The notes beneath the pieces are model-generated. The model did no database searches, was not told where the DNA came from, and saw only the letters and a list, made by a program, of their open reading frames with translations. A stretch of 64,000 nucleotides of DNA, taken from positions 2,880,001-2,944,000 of the forward strand of contig CAVWVQ010000003.1 of NCBI GenBank assembly GCA_963758525.1, written 5' to 3'. The DNA is from an uncultured Phycisphaerales bacterium. Its GTDB lineage: Bacteria > Planctomycetota > Phycisphaerae > Tepidisphaerales > Tepidisphaeraceae. The translations under genes and the position numbers were made by a program. Of this stretch, positions 29,719-39,845 are shown one piece after another. The number at the start of each line of letters is the position of its first letter. Positions within the stretch are counted from its first letter, which is position 1.

Positions 29719-30225
29719 ATGCATCTCACGGAAATTCGCATCAACCTCTGCCCCCCAGGCGGCGCGAGCCGTCTCAAGGCGTTCTGCTCTCTCACCTTTG
29801 ACAACACGTTTGTCGTCCGCGACGTCAAACTCATCGACGGCCATGACGGGCTGTTCGTCGCCATGCCTTCCCGCAAGCTGACGGACCATTGCCCGCGTTG
29901 CACCGAGAAAAACCATTTGAGGTCCAAATTTTGCAATCAGTGCGGCCATCGCCTCGACCCCGAACGGGCCGCGCGCGCACGCGACGGGGTTGGAACCCCG
30001 ATCCGCCCGAAGCTGCACGCGGATATTGCCCACCCGATCAGCGTCAATTCCCGGCGGGAGATCGAGAGCCAGGTCGTCCATGCCTATCGCAATGAGGTGG
30101 AACGCAGCAAGCAGCCGGGTTATATCGCCCCGTCGCTTGACGCCGAAGATTTCGAGCTTTATGATTCCCGCCCGGTTCGGGAGCACGACCCCGTGTCGCA
30201 GTTGCGCCCGATCGGCACCGCCTAA
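29719..30225 (+). CDS. spoVG: SpoVG family nucleic-acid-binding protein with zinc-ribbon insertion
   Basis: LKAFCSLTFDNTFVVRDVKLIDG..GLFVAMPSRK, CPRC..FCNQC, ADIAHPI; AGGAG RBS. Confidence 0.9.
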   Translation: MHLTEIRINLCPPGGASRLKAFCSLTFDNTFVVRDVKLIDGHDGLFVAMPSRKLTDHCPRCTEKNHLRSKFCNQCGHRLDPERAARARDGVGTPIRPKLHADIAHPISVNSRREIESQVVHAYRNEVERSKQPGYIAPSLDAEDFELYDSRPVREHDPVSQLRPIGTA

Positions 30226-30462
30226 GCAGCGGTTGCATGCGATATCATGATTGCTCCTTGCCTATCCTCCCCATCGCTCGCGGTGGTCGTACGATAGGCC
30301 GGTACGCAGATGGCTCCGTTTATTCGGATCATCGCCCCGGCCCTCAGTCGCCTTGCCGTTTCTTTTCCCCGTTTTGCCAATTTTTTGCCAGTAATGTTTG
30401 ATGCGTGTCTGCCGTCCCGATAGAGTTGACGGTTTGCACAATCCAGAAACAGAGTGACCGCT

Positions 30463-32214
30463 ATGTCCACACTCCAGTCCAAGCCCCCAATCGCAGCTCC
30501 CGCCCCAGCCAAGCCCCGTTACAAGGGCAAGTCGGGTGCGCGGATCTTCCACGAAATGCTCATTCAGCAGCACAAGGTGGAACTGATGTTCGGATATCCC
30601 GGCGGAGCGATCCTGCCGGTGTTTGACGAGCTGTACAAAACCCCCGCCAAGTTCATTCTCAACCGTCACGAGCAGAGCTCCGGCCATTGCGCCGACGGCT
30701 ATGCCCGCGCTACCGGCAAGCCGGGCGTCTGCATCGTCACCAGCGGCCCGGGCGCCACCAACACGGTCACCCCGCTGGCGACCGCTCAGATGGACTCAAT
30801 TCCGATCCTCGTTTTCAGCGGCCAGGTCGCGACGAAAGTGATCGGCAATGACGCGTTTCAGGAAGCCGACGTCACCGGCATCACCCGCCCCTGCACCAAG
30901 TGGAACTATCTGGTGAAAGACGTGCGGGAACTGCCGCGCGTGATCAACGAGGCGTTTCTGATTGCAACGTCGGGCCGGCCCGGTCCCGTGCTGGTGGACC
31001 TGCCCAAGGATGTGACAACGGCGATCTGTCCCGAGGAAGTGGACGACCATCCCCGCGAGCATCTGCTCAACAAGCGCCGCCTCGCCTCGACTCACTCGGC
31101 GCACGCCCACCAGGCAGAGGCAGCCGCGGAGCTGATGAACAGTGCGGAGCGTCCGGTTCTCTACGTGGGCGGCGGAGCGATCATCGCCGGGGCCTACGAC
31201 GCGCTCAAGAAAGTCGCCAACAAGGGAAACATCCCCGTCACCACCACGCTGCTGGGCCTGGGCGCGTTTGACGAGCACGATCCCAAGTCCCTGAACATGC
31301 TCGGCATGCATGGCAGCGCCTATGCGAATTATGCCGTCCAGGAGTGCGATTGTCTGATTGCCGTTGGCGCCCGCTTCGACGACCGCGTGACCGGCAATCT
31401 CGCCACTTTCGCCCCCAAGGCGAAGATCATTCATATCGATATCGATCCCAGCTCGATCAGCAAGAACGTTGACGTGGACGTGGCCGTCATCGGCGACGCC
31501 CGCCAGGGTCTGGAATTCATCGCCCAGCATCTCGAGCACCGGGATCGGCACGAGTGGTTCAGCAAGATCAATAGTTGGAAAAAACGCTATCCGTTCAAAT
31601 ACCTCGACGACAGCAAGAATTCCAAGCCGCAATTCGTGATCGAAGAGATCCATCGCCAGACCAACGGCGAAGCCATCATCACCACCGGCGTCGGCCAGCA
31701 TCAGATGTGGGCCGCGCAGTTTTACCGCTGGCGTTTCCCCCGCCAGATGATCACCAGCGGCGGCCTTGGAACCATGGGCTATGGCCTGCCCAGCGCCATG
31801 GGCGCACAGCTCGGTTCCCCTGGCAAGACTGTCATCGACATCGACGGCGACGCCAGCTTCCTCATGACCTGTTCGGAGATGGCAACCATCGCCGAATACA
31901 AGATCCCGGTGAAGATCGCGATTCTCAACAACGACTTCCAGGGCATGGTGAAGCAGTGGCAGGACTTGTTCTATCAGCGCCGCTACTCGCAGACCGTGAT
32001 GAAGAACCCGAACTTCGCCGCGATGGCCGAGGCGTTTGGCATCAAGGGCATTCGCTGCGATCGCAAGGAAGACGTGGCCAAGACCGTCGATCAGATGCTC
32101 TCGCATCCGGGGCCGGTGCTGGTCGATTTCTTCGTCGAGCCCAACGAGCACGTCTATCCGATGGTCCCCAGCGGCAAAGGCCTCCACGAGATGGAGCTGG
32201 GAACGCTGGCGTAA
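30463..32214 (+). CDS. ilvB: acetolactate synthase large subunit, biosynthetic type
   Basis: [52 protein letters not shown]. Confidence 0.95.
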   Translation: MSTLQSKPPIAAPAPAKPRYKGKSGARIFHEMLIQQHKVELMFGYPGGAILPVFDELYKTPAKFILNRHEQSSGHCADGYARATGKPGVCIVTSGPGATNTVTPLATAQMDSIPILVFSGQVATKVIGNDAFQEADVTGITRPCTKWNYLVKDVRELPRVINEAFLIATSGRPGPVLVDLPKDVTTAICPEEVDDHPREHLLNKRRLASTHSAHAHQAEAAAELMNSAERPVLYVGGGAIIAGAYDALKKVANKGNIPVTTTLLGLGAFDEHDPKSLNMLGMHGSAYANYAVQECDCLIAVGARFDDRVTGNLATFAPKAKIIHIDIDPSSISKNVDVDVAVIGDARQGLEFIAQHLEHRDRHEWFSKINSWKKRYPFKYLDDSKNSKPQFVIEEIHRQTNGEAIITTGVGQHQMWAAQFYRWRFPRQMITSGGLGTMGYGLPSAMGAQLGSPGKTVIDIDGDASFLMTCSEMATIAEYKIPVKIAILNNDFQGMVKQWQDLFYQRRYSQTVMKNPNFAAMAEAFGIKGIRCDRKEDVAKTVDQMLSHPGPVLVDFFVEPNEHVYPMVPSGKGLHEMELGTLA

Positions 32215-32630
32215 ACGCGGGTCGCACATTCCTCGTCTTCGTGTGTAGCCGTCGAGCTTTGCTCGCGGCTAATCTTCTGGTGCGCGACGTTCCGGATTCT
32301 TGAAGTCGTGAATCCACGTTGAGCGCAAATTTTCCCCGTGCAAGTGCGGCAACCCGTCACGGCTACGTGTGCCGCTGACGATCACTGCTCGCACTGATAG
32401 GGATGCTCACTGACCGGTCTGAAGCAAGCTGAACTATAAGTAATGCTGCGACCGCTGTTTGCCGCAGGCACAGCAACAGCGCATCTCGCCCAAGCCAAAA
32501 ATTATCACTGAATTCGGTGGGCGTGGACCCGAGGAATGCAGTTTGCGTCAGTTCAGTTCGTCTTCGCAACCGGACGGCATGGTTCATGAGGCGCGTAGCC
32601 TTGCGACGTGTGGTTCTTTTGGAGAACGTC

Positions 32631-33182
32631 ATGAAAACTCGATCTGCATTTGTCACGATATTGGCCACGTCGGCGCTGATCCTGGCCGGCTGCGCCACAG
32701 AACCTACCACCGAGACTGGGAGGGAGAACCTGGATCAGTCCGTCAGAAACGTGATGGCAAAGATGCAGGATCAGGATCCCAGCATGAAGGACTTTCTCGG
32801 CCGATCGTATGCCTACGTCGTGTTCCCGACGGTTGCCACCGGCGGAGTGGTGGTGGGCGGGAGCTACGGACACGGAGAGGTCTTCATGGGCGGCAAGATG
32901 ATCGGATATGCCGACATCACCCAGCTCACGGCTGGAGCCACGATTGGCGGCGCGGCTTTCACCGAGATCATTGCCTTTGAGAATCAGGCAGCCCTGCAAC
33001 GATTCAAAGACAATAAGCTTTCGGTCGAGACGACAGCATCCGCTGTGCTTCTCAAGTCCGGCGCGGCAGAGAGTGCAACCTATAAGGACGGCTTTATCGT
33101 CTTCGCGCAACCGCGCGAAGGAGCTATGGCGTCAGCGGCCGTCGGTGGGCAATCGTTCAGCTTCCAGCCCGTTACCCAATAG
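32631..33182 (+). CDS. lipoprotein with SYLF/Ysc84 lipid-binding domain
   Basis: LAGC lipobox; VFPTVATGGVVVGGSYGHG, GAMASAAVGGQSFSF; GGAG RBS. Confidence 0.85.
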   Translation: MKTRSAFVTILATSALILAGCATEPTTETGRENLDQSVRNVMAKMQDQDPSMKDFLGRSYAYVVFPTVATGGVVVGGSYGHGEVFMGGKMIGYADITQLTAGATIGGAAFTEIIAFENQAALQRFKDNKLSVETTASAVLLKSGAAESATYKDGFIVFAQPREGAMASAAVGGQSFSFQPVTQ

Positions 33183-33207
33183 CGGCAGCCCCCGAATCCT
33201 TGAATTT

Positions 33208-33244
33208 GCACCCATGGGCGAGTCGCCCATGGGTGCTTTCGTTT
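33208..33244 (+). terminator. rho-independent terminator
   Basis: Perfect 13-bp stem GCACCCATGGGCG-AGT-CGCCCATGGGTGC followed by TTTCGTTT. Confidence 0.7.
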
Positions 33245-33270
33245 GACTCAGTGTTTACTATTTGGGGTGC

Positions 33271-33970
33271 ATGCGACCTGAAACATTCCGTACGCGTCCG
33301 CCGATTTCGCACGCCCTGCTAATCGGGTGTCTCTGTCTTTGTGTCAGCGCCGACGCGCCCGCACCGCCGCCCCCGTCGCATCAGATCGTCGAAGAAGCTC
33401 GCCACATTCTTGCGGAGATGAAAGAATCTCATTACAGCCACGAGACGCATGTGGATGAATCGGCTGGTGTTTACGACGTCGACTGCTCCGGCCTGCTCTG
33501 CTACCTCCTGGCAGGTTGCGCCCGAGCACCTGGCGGTGGTTCCATCATCCAAGCGTCATGGCCGGCCGCTGGCGCTGCAATTTTACGATACCTTCAGCGC
33601 CGCCTCGGCCGAGCCGGCCGGCACCGCCGGTTGGCGCCACATCCTGCGGGTCGCCGATGCGAGGCCGGGCGACGTTTTCGTCTGGCGGCTCGAACATCAG
33701 GAAGCGGGAAAAGACACCGGCCACGTCATGATCGTCGACGAACCGCCGGTCGAAGACGGCGAGAATGTCTATCGTGTGCGCGTCATCGATTCGTCCGAGT
33801 CCCCCCATTCCCACGATACCCGCCAAACCGGAACCACCGGCATCGGCCGCGGCACAATGTGGTTCGTCACGGACAGCGACGGCCATCCCGTCGGCTACCA
33901 CTGGAAGCTCCGCACCGGCAAACTGCACGATATGACGATCGCCTTGGGGCGGGCCGTCGAGACTCGGTAA
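33271..33970 (+). CDS. exported NlpC/P60-like (papain-fold) protein, frameshifted near 33512
   Basis: Signal peptide; YDVDCSGLL (catalytic Cys), RPGDVFVW, TGHVMIV (catalytic His), VIDS. Confidence 0.65.
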
Positions 33971-34116
33971 ATCGTTTGGTTGTTGAGCATGCTTTGCCCC
34001 TCGCTAGCTGGGCATGCGGCGCGACCACAGTTCTATTCTCACCCGCTTTATTATCGGCATCGAAGTGATTCTAAAGCGTCTTGGTCACCGGAGCCCGTCC
34101 GCTTACAATCGCCAAG

Positions 34117-34926
34117 ATGGAACTCGACAAGGCGCTCATTCCTGAAGTCGTCGAGCAAGTCAATTTTTACTTGCGGGGCGAGCGGCACGAGCAGCTTGAG
34201 GAATCGAGCATTGCAAAGGATAAATGGCTCGAATGCCTGAAACGGACCAAATTGCCCGGCAGAACCGATGGCAAGTCGTTGGGGACCTGCATCGAGAAGC
34301 TATTGAAGGCAGAGCTTTCGCGGAAGCTAGGAATGTCTCTGCATGGTAGCGCGGCATCGGGCGTTGACATCATCGAACTGTCGCTCAACACGAAGGCGAC
34401 ATCTGACAAACAGCCGCAGTCGAGTGAGCCATTCGATTCACCATACGAACGCGTACTTGGCGCGAAGTTCGATATCTTTGTTTGTGTCTATAACGGTATT
34501 GAGTTCCTCCAATCGCAGAAGAACGCGCCGATCCAGATAACTGCAGCAATGTACTATAATCGGACGGAAGTTGCTGACCAACAATTATGTGAGAGCGCGA
34601 GACTCCTTCGCGATGCTGTTGACGATAGTGTGGTGGATGATGAAACAGCCAGGCACGCGCTGCGGACGATCGTCTACGCCAGAAAAACCGCTGCCGGGTA
34701 CAAGACACTACATTTAGGACTCGAACGCCGAGAGGTCGTCGTCATCAAAACAGCCGTGGAGGCATATGAAGAGGTCATGGCCGAGAAGGGCAAGATCGAG
34801 CTGCCAAAGCCTGCCGAGTGGGCGGCATTCAAAGACGGGCCCTTGAACGGCAAAATTTCCATCTCGTTCGCGCTTCAGTGGCGGTATCAATACAATCCAA
34901 ACGCTACAGGCGTGAGATATTTCTAG
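34117..34926 (+). CDS. putative type II restriction endonuclease
   Basis: TDGKSLGT.IE, GSAASGVD..EL..NTKATS.KQPQSS.PF, GKISISFALQWRYQY; lower GC; directly upstream of a DNA methyltransferase. Confidence 0.7.
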   Translation: MELDKALIPEVVEQVNFYLRGERHEQLEESSIAKDKWLECLKRTKLPGRTDGKSLGTCIEKLLKAELSRKLGMSLHGSAASGVDIIELSLNTKATSDKQPQSSEPFDSPYERVLGAKFDIFVCVYNGIEFLQSQKNAPIQITAAMYYNRTEVADQQLCESARLLRDAVDDSVVDDETARHALRTIVYARKTAAGYKTLHLGLERREVVVIKTAVEAYEEVMAEKGKIELPKPAEWAAFKDGPLNGKISISFALQWRYQYNPNATGVRYF

Positions 34927-34937
34927 GCCGAGAAACT

Positions 34938-36491
34938 ATGCTTCGCGTAAAGACAAACACAATCGCTGAGTTTGGTGATTTTCAGACCCCACGCCTTCTT
35001 GCCGACCGGGTGTGTGCGCTTCTGAAGGACATGGGCATCATGCCTGCGGCTATCGTTGAACCGACCTGCGGGCGAGGCGCGTTCCTGTTTGCCGCGGCCG
35101 ATTGCTGGCCTGCAGCCCAGAAGGTGACTGGGTTCGACATAAACTCAGCGTATCTTGATTCCACACAGACCATTGCTTTGCAGCGTCCGGACGCGACGCG
35201 CATTAAGACCGAGTGCCGAGACTTCTTTTCGACGGACTGGCGTGGCCTCATTTCAGAATTGCCGGACCCGCTTCTCCTCATCGGCAACCCACCCTGGGTA
35301 ACCAGCGCGCAGGTCGGCAGCCTTGGCGGATCGAACGTCCCTGAGAAATCCAATTTCCAACGACATAACGGTCTCGATGCAATCACTGGCAGAGCGAATT
35401 TCGATATCTCCGAATGGATGCTCATCAAGTTGACGGAGGCCGCACAATCGCGGCGCGGAGTACTCGCCATGCTGGTGAAGACTGTCGTCGCTCGAAAGGC
35501 CTTGGCACATTGCTGGTCTGCGCGGGTACCGGTCAATGACGCGTCAATCTATCGGATCGACGCCGCAGAACATTTCAACGCTGCCGTCGACGCTTCGCTG
35601 GTCGTCATCCAGTTCGGAGAATCCGCACCGTCTCATCGCGCCCAGATCTTCGGCCAACTCTCCCGCACGATTCGTCCAATTGCAACCATCGGGATGGAAG
35701 ACGGCACCCTCGTTGCGAACCTCGACGCTTATAATGCAACGAAACACCTTGCCGGTCGTTCTCGCTTGCGATGGCGATCGGGAATCAAGCACGACTGTTC
35801 AAAGATGATGGAGCTGGAAATTTCCGGCCGACATCTAAAGAACGGATTAGGCGAATCCCTCGATCTGGAGCCGGACTACCTCTTCCCTATGTTCAAGACC
35901 TCAGAGGTTGCTGGTGGTCACGTTAATATGTGTCGCCGTCGGATGATTGTCACCCAGCGTTCCATCGGCGAAGAGACCATTCATATCGCTGATCGCGCAC
36001 CCAAAACATGGTCGTATCTTCAACGCCATCGCGCGCTCTTCGCCAAGCGTGCAAGTTCAATTTATCGGGGGAAGCCGGAATTCTCGATATTCGGCGTGGG
36101 CGACTACACTTTCTCCCCGTGGAAGATCGCGATTTCTGGCATGTACAAGAGTCTCCGGTTTGTGAAGGTGGGGCCGCACGCCGCGCAGCCAGTTGTGTTT
36201 GACGATACAACCAACTTCATTCCATGTCCCTCAGAAGCGGCGGCGACGTTATTGTTTTCGCTATTAGAAAGTGACGAAGCCGGGACATTTTTTAAGTCTT
36301 TCATCTTTTGGGATGCCAAGCGACCAATAACTGTCGACCTGCTTGGGCGATTGAACCTTTACGCACTCGCGGATAGCCGTGGTGTCTCGGCCCTGTTTGC
36401 TGAGCTTTTTGGCGCAAGCACCGAAAAACCCGTGAGGAAAATTCGCGTGTCACCAAAGGTGGCGGAAGAACCTTTGCTCTGGCCGCGATGA
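34938..36491 (+). CDS. amino (N6-adenine) DNA methyltransferase, gamma-class motif order
   Basis: EFGDFQTP (motif X), VEPTCGRGAF (motif I), IGNPPW (motif IV), C-terminal target-recognition region. Confidence 0.9.
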   Translation: MLRVKTNTIAEFGDFQTPRLLADRVCALLKDMGIMPAAIVEPTCGRGAFLFAAADCWPAAQKVTGFDINSAYLDSTQTIALQRPDATRIKTECRDFFSTDWRGLISELPDPLLLIGNPPWVTSAQVGSLGGSNVPEKSNFQRHNGLDAITGRANFDISEWMLIKLTEAAQSRRGVLAMLVKTVVARKALAHCWSARVPVNDASIYRIDAAEHFNAAVDASLVVIQFGESAPSHRAQIFGQLSRTIRPIATIGMEDGTLVANLDAYNATKHLAGRSRLRWRSGIKHDCSKMMELEISGRHLKNGLGESLDLEPDYLFPMFKTSEVAGGHVNMCRRRMIVTQRSIGEETIHIADRAPKTWSYLQRHRALFAKRASSIYRGKPEFSIFGVGDYTFSPWKIAISGMYKSLRFVKVGPHAAQPVVFDDTTNFIPCPSEAAATLLFSLLESDEAGTFFKSFIFWDAKRPITVDLLGRLNLYALADSRGVSALFAELFGASTEKPVRKIRVSPKVAEEPLLWPR

Positions 36492-36556
36492 GGGGGCCGT
36501 GCCGAGGAAATCTACTCAGGCTGTAATTTGACAATCCATAGCCGTCTGGTTATGAT

Positions 36557-36946
36557 TTGAAGCCAAACGAGATGGCAGGCAAGCGCGCAAAAACGATCGC
36601 CGAATATATCCGGGCTGCCCCGCGCGAGGGCCAGCCGCATTTGCGCCGGCTGTACGCGATCCTCAAGAGCGTCGCGCCGCAGGCCCAGGAGACGATCAAG
36701 TGGGGAACCCCCTTCTTCGTGGAGCCTCGCTTCCTGTTCGCGTTCTCAGCCCACAAGGCACACTGCAATTTCGCGCCGACGCCGACGGCGCTGGAGCCAT
36801 TTCGCAAGGAGTTGGAAAAGCACGCGACGACCGTGAACACCCTTCAGATTCCCTACGACAAGCCGCTGCCGGAGGATCTGGTTCGCAAGATCGCTGAGTA
36901 CCGTCTCCGGTCGGTGCGTGAACGGGAAGACGACGCTTTCTGGTAA
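36557..36946 (+). CDS. DUF1801 (YdhG-like) protein
   Basis: TIAEYI, APQAQETIKWGTPFF, TLQIPYDKPLP.DLVRKI. Confidence 0.85.
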   Translation: MKPNEMAGKRAKTIAEYIRAAPREGQPHLRRLYAILKSVAPQAQETIKWGTPFFVEPRFLFAFSAHKAHCNFAPTPTALEPFRKELEKHATTVNTLQIPYDKPLPEDLVRKIAEYRLRSVREREDDAFW

Positions 36947-37017
36947 CTCCATCCGCCAGGCACGCACGGCCTGTCTGATTCGTCCGATGAGATGACTTTG
37001 TTTGAGAGCATCACGAA

Positions 37018-37605
37018 ATGAACAGAACGAATCCCAAGGTCGAGTTCTATTTTAAAAAAGCGAAACAATGGCGGGAAGAATATGAGAAGTTGAGAATGAT
37101 CATACTGCGTTGCGAGCTCAACGAAGAACTGAAGTGGGGCTGTCCTTGTTATACGTCCCAGCAAAAAAACATCGTCTTGATTCATGGATTCAAGGAATAC
37201 TGCGCATTGATGTTTTTCAAGGGCGCCCTGTTGAAGGACGCCAATGGTATTCTGATCCAGCAAACGGAGAATGTGCAGGCGGGCCGCCAGATTCGGTTCA
37301 CGAGCGTTCGTGAAATACGGAAGATGGAGCCCATCTTGAAAGCCTACATTAATGAAGCTATCGCGGTGGAAAAAGCCGGCTTGAAAGTGACTTTGAAGAG
37401 GACTCCGGAACCTGTACCAGAAGAGCTTCAACATCAATTGGATGAGATCCCTGCCCTAAAAACGGCATTTGATGCACTGACGCCGGGACGGCAAAGGGGA
37501 TACCTCCTTTACTTTTCTTCAGCCAAGCAATCCAAAACTCGAGAGTCAAGGGTTGAAAAATGCATACAGCGGATTCTCGATGGAAAGGGATTGAATGATG
37601 AGTAA
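37018..37605 (+). CDS. YdeI/OmpD-associated family protein
   Basis: NPKVEFYF, EELKWGCPCY, IHGFKEYCA, QQTENVQAGRQIRF, AFDALTPGRQRGY. Confidence 0.9.
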   Translation: MNRTNPKVEFYFKKAKQWREEYEKLRMIILRCELNEELKWGCPCYTSQQKNIVLIHGFKEYCALMFFKGALLKDANGILIQQTENVQAGRQIRFTSVREIRKMEPILKAYINEAIAVEKAGLKVTLKRTPEPVPEELQHQLDEIPALKTAFDALTPGRQRGYLLYFSSAKQSKTRESRVEKCIQRILDGKGLNDE

Positions 37606-37909
37606 AGCCACCAAACGTTCGATTCTTCGCTTCATTCACCTGGTCTTGAGCATTCCGATGCTCGGGTACATTTATGGTAATCCGTCGGACGTTGCGCAGT
37701 ACGCCGGCGCTGCTCGGTTCGTTTTCGTTCCCGCTATCATCCTGACGGGATTGTGGATGTATGCAGGCGTCATTTTCGCCGCCGTTGGCGCTGCGGCATG
37801 GCTCGGTGCAAATGGCCTGTCTGGATACGGGGCGGCGGTCCTGAGTCAGGTCGCGCTCTTTATCGGGCGCAGGATTTGGTTGGTGATTCGTGCGCGACGG
37901 GCAAAGTGA
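37598..37909 (+). CDS. small membrane protein
   Basis: RSILRFIHLVLSIPMLGYIYG; hydrophobic; overlaps the previous stop. Confidence 0.7.
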   Translation: MSKATKRSILRFIHLVLSIPMLGYIYGNPSDVAQYAGAARFVFVPAIILTGLWMYAGVIFAAVGAAAWLGANGLSGYGAAVLSQVALFIGRRIWLVIRARRAK

Positions 37910-37926
37910 TCGGACCTATCCACGCC

Positions 37927-38250
37927 ATGCAAACCGTAGCAAACGATGTTTTCCGAGCCCTGGGCGACCCAACCCGTCGGGCGATTTTCGAGCGATTAGC
38001 CCGCGAGGGGGAACAGACGGTGCGCGCCTTGACCGATCGTGCCGGCGTTTCGCAGCCGGCGGTGTCCAAGCACCTGGGCGTTCTGAAGCACGCCAGATTG
38101 GTGCGCGACCGGCGCGACGGACGCGAGACGCACTACAGCGTGCAACCGCAAGCGCTGGCGCCGCTGGTGGACTGGATAAGTGATTACGGCGTCTTTTGGC
38201 GCGGCCGATTTGATCGCCTCGAAGCCCTGTTAAACGAGATGGAAAAATGA
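37927..38250 (+). CDS. ArsR/SmtB family transcription regulator
   Basis: VFRALGDPTRRAIF, VSQPAVSKHL.VL, RRDGRETHY. Confidence 0.9.
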   Translation: MQTVANDVFRALGDPTRRAIFERLAREGEQTVRALTDRAGVSQPAVSKHLGVLKHARLVRDRRDGRETHYSVQPQALAPLVDWISDYGVFWRGRFDRLEALLNEMEK

Positions 38251-38663
38251 CCAATCCAACTGCCACCGTGGTCGTCGAGAGGGAAATGCCGCATCCGCCA
38301 GAGAAAATCTGGCGTGCCCTCACGCAAGCCTCATTGATGGAAGCGTGGCTGATGCCCAACGACTTTCAACCAGTCGTTGGGCATCAGTTCACTTTGCGCA
38401 CCAAGCCGATGCCGAAGTGGGACGGTGTGATCCGTTGCGAAGTGTTGACCATCGAGCCTTATAGCCGGCTTTCCTATGGCTGGAATGCCTTGGGCTTGCA
38501 GTCGGTTGTCACCTGGACGCTGACCCCCCGCAACGGCGGCACGCACGTTCGCATGGAGCATTCCGGTTTTCCGTCGGAAAAGAGTGCTTCCTACCAGGGC
38601 GCCAGCTACGGATGGCAAGGGTTCATCGCCAGCCTGGAGCGTGTCGTTGGGGGATTGGCCTGA
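38247..38663 (+). CDS. SRPBCC (AHSA1-like) domain protein
   Basis: EREMPHPPEKIWRALT, WLMPNDFQP.VGHQF, GTHVRMEHSGF. Confidence 0.9.
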   Translation: MTNPTATVVVEREMPHPPEKIWRALTQASLMEAWLMPNDFQPVVGHQFTLRTKPMPKWDGVIRCEVLTIEPYSRLSYGWNALGLQSVVTWTLTPRNGGTHVRMEHSGFPSEKSASYQGASYGWQGFIASLERVVGGLA

Positions 38664-38822
38664 CGACTGGAAGAGGCGTCGTCGCCGAGACAAGAGTCCT
38701 TCTACGTTCGAAATCACCCTCACCCCATCCCTCTCCCGGAATACCGGGAGAGGGGGTAGGACGCAACGACGGTCGTGCGCGCGGCTTCTCCTCCCTGGGC
38801 GCGTTGGCTACACTTTGTTCAC

Positions 38823-39554
38823 TTGATCGGCGTATACGACTATCACAAGGCCTATCGCGAGAAAATCGCGGTGGCGGGGCTGAGCTTTGAAGTGCAGCCG
38901 GGCCAAATTCTGGGGTTGCTCGGCCCCAACGGCGCCGGAAAAACCACGACGATGCGCGCCATCTCCGGGATCATCGCACCGACTTCCGGACGCCTCGTCG
39001 TGGACGGCCACGACGTCGTGCGGCAGCCGGTGGCGGCCAAGTCGGCGCTCGCCTATGTTCCCGACGATCCGCACCTTTTTGATACGCTCACCGTCTGGGA
39101 GCACCTGGAATTTATCGCGTCGGCTTATCGCGTGGCAAACTTTGAAGGTGCTGCCAGCGCGTTGCTCGCTCGTTTTCAGCTTGACGATCAGCGCAACACG
39201 ATCGCGCAGGAACTCTCCCGCGGCATGCGCCAGAAAGTCGCGATCTGCTGCGCCTACCTCCACGAACCCAAGGCGATTCTCTTCGACGAGCCGATGACCG
39301 GCCTCGATCCGCGCGGGATCCGCACCATGAAGGAAACGGTCGTCGAACGCGCCAAAACCGGAGCCGCGTTTTTGATCAGCTCGCACCTGCTGGCCCTGGT
39401 GGAGGATCTGTGCAGTCATCTGGTGATTCTGCACCACGGCAAATGTCTGTTCGTCGGCCCCTTGCACGACGCCAGGACCGCCTTCGCCGCCGCAGGCGCG
39501 GACGATTCGCTGGAAGAGTTGTTTTTCAGGGCCACCGAGGCGGTGAGCGGGTGA
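38823..39554 (+). CDS. ABC transporter ATP-binding protein
   Basis: GPNGAGKTT, LSRGMRQK, ILFDEP, SSH; probable TTG start at 38823. Confidence 0.9.
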   Translation: MIGVYDYHKAYREKIAVAGLSFEVQPGQILGLLGPNGAGKTTTMRAISGIIAPTSGRLVVDGHDVVRQPVAAKSALAYVPDDPHLFDTLTVWEHLEFIASAYRVANFEGAASALLARFQLDDQRNTIAQELSRGMRQKVAICCAYLHEPKAILFDEPMTGLDPRGIRTMKETVVERAKTGAAFLISSHLLALVEDLCSHLVILHHGKCLFVGPLHDARTAFAAAGADDSLEELFFRATEAVSG

Positions 39555-39587
39555 TGGGAAGGGTGAACGGGTGATTGGTGATTGGAA

Positions 39588-39845
39588 CGTGACGAGAAGG
39601 AATAAAACGTGAAACGTGAAACGTGAGAAACACGAAGATGCGCCTCCGGTCAGGTCTTCACGTTTCACGTTTCAGTTTTCACGTTTCATCGCTGCTGCAA
39701 TGCCCAACGCGCTTCGTGACGAGAAGGAATAAAACGTGAAGACGTGAAACGTGAGAAACACGAAGATGCGCTTCCGGTCACGTCTTCACGTTTCACGTTT
39801 CAGTCTTCACGTGTGATCGCTGCTGCAATATGCCCAACGCGCTTC
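39588..39845. repeat. ~127-bp tandem duplication, each unit containing an AACGTGA/TTCACGT heptamer hairpin
   Basis: Units start with CGTGACGAGAAGGAATAAAACGTGAA at 39588 and 39715; both end in ATGCCCAACGCGCTTC. Confidence 0.9.

Noticed and set aside
32215..32630. Long intergenic region after ilvB (ilvN or ncRNA?)
   Set aside because: No ACT-domain ORF and no convincing structured RNA visible.
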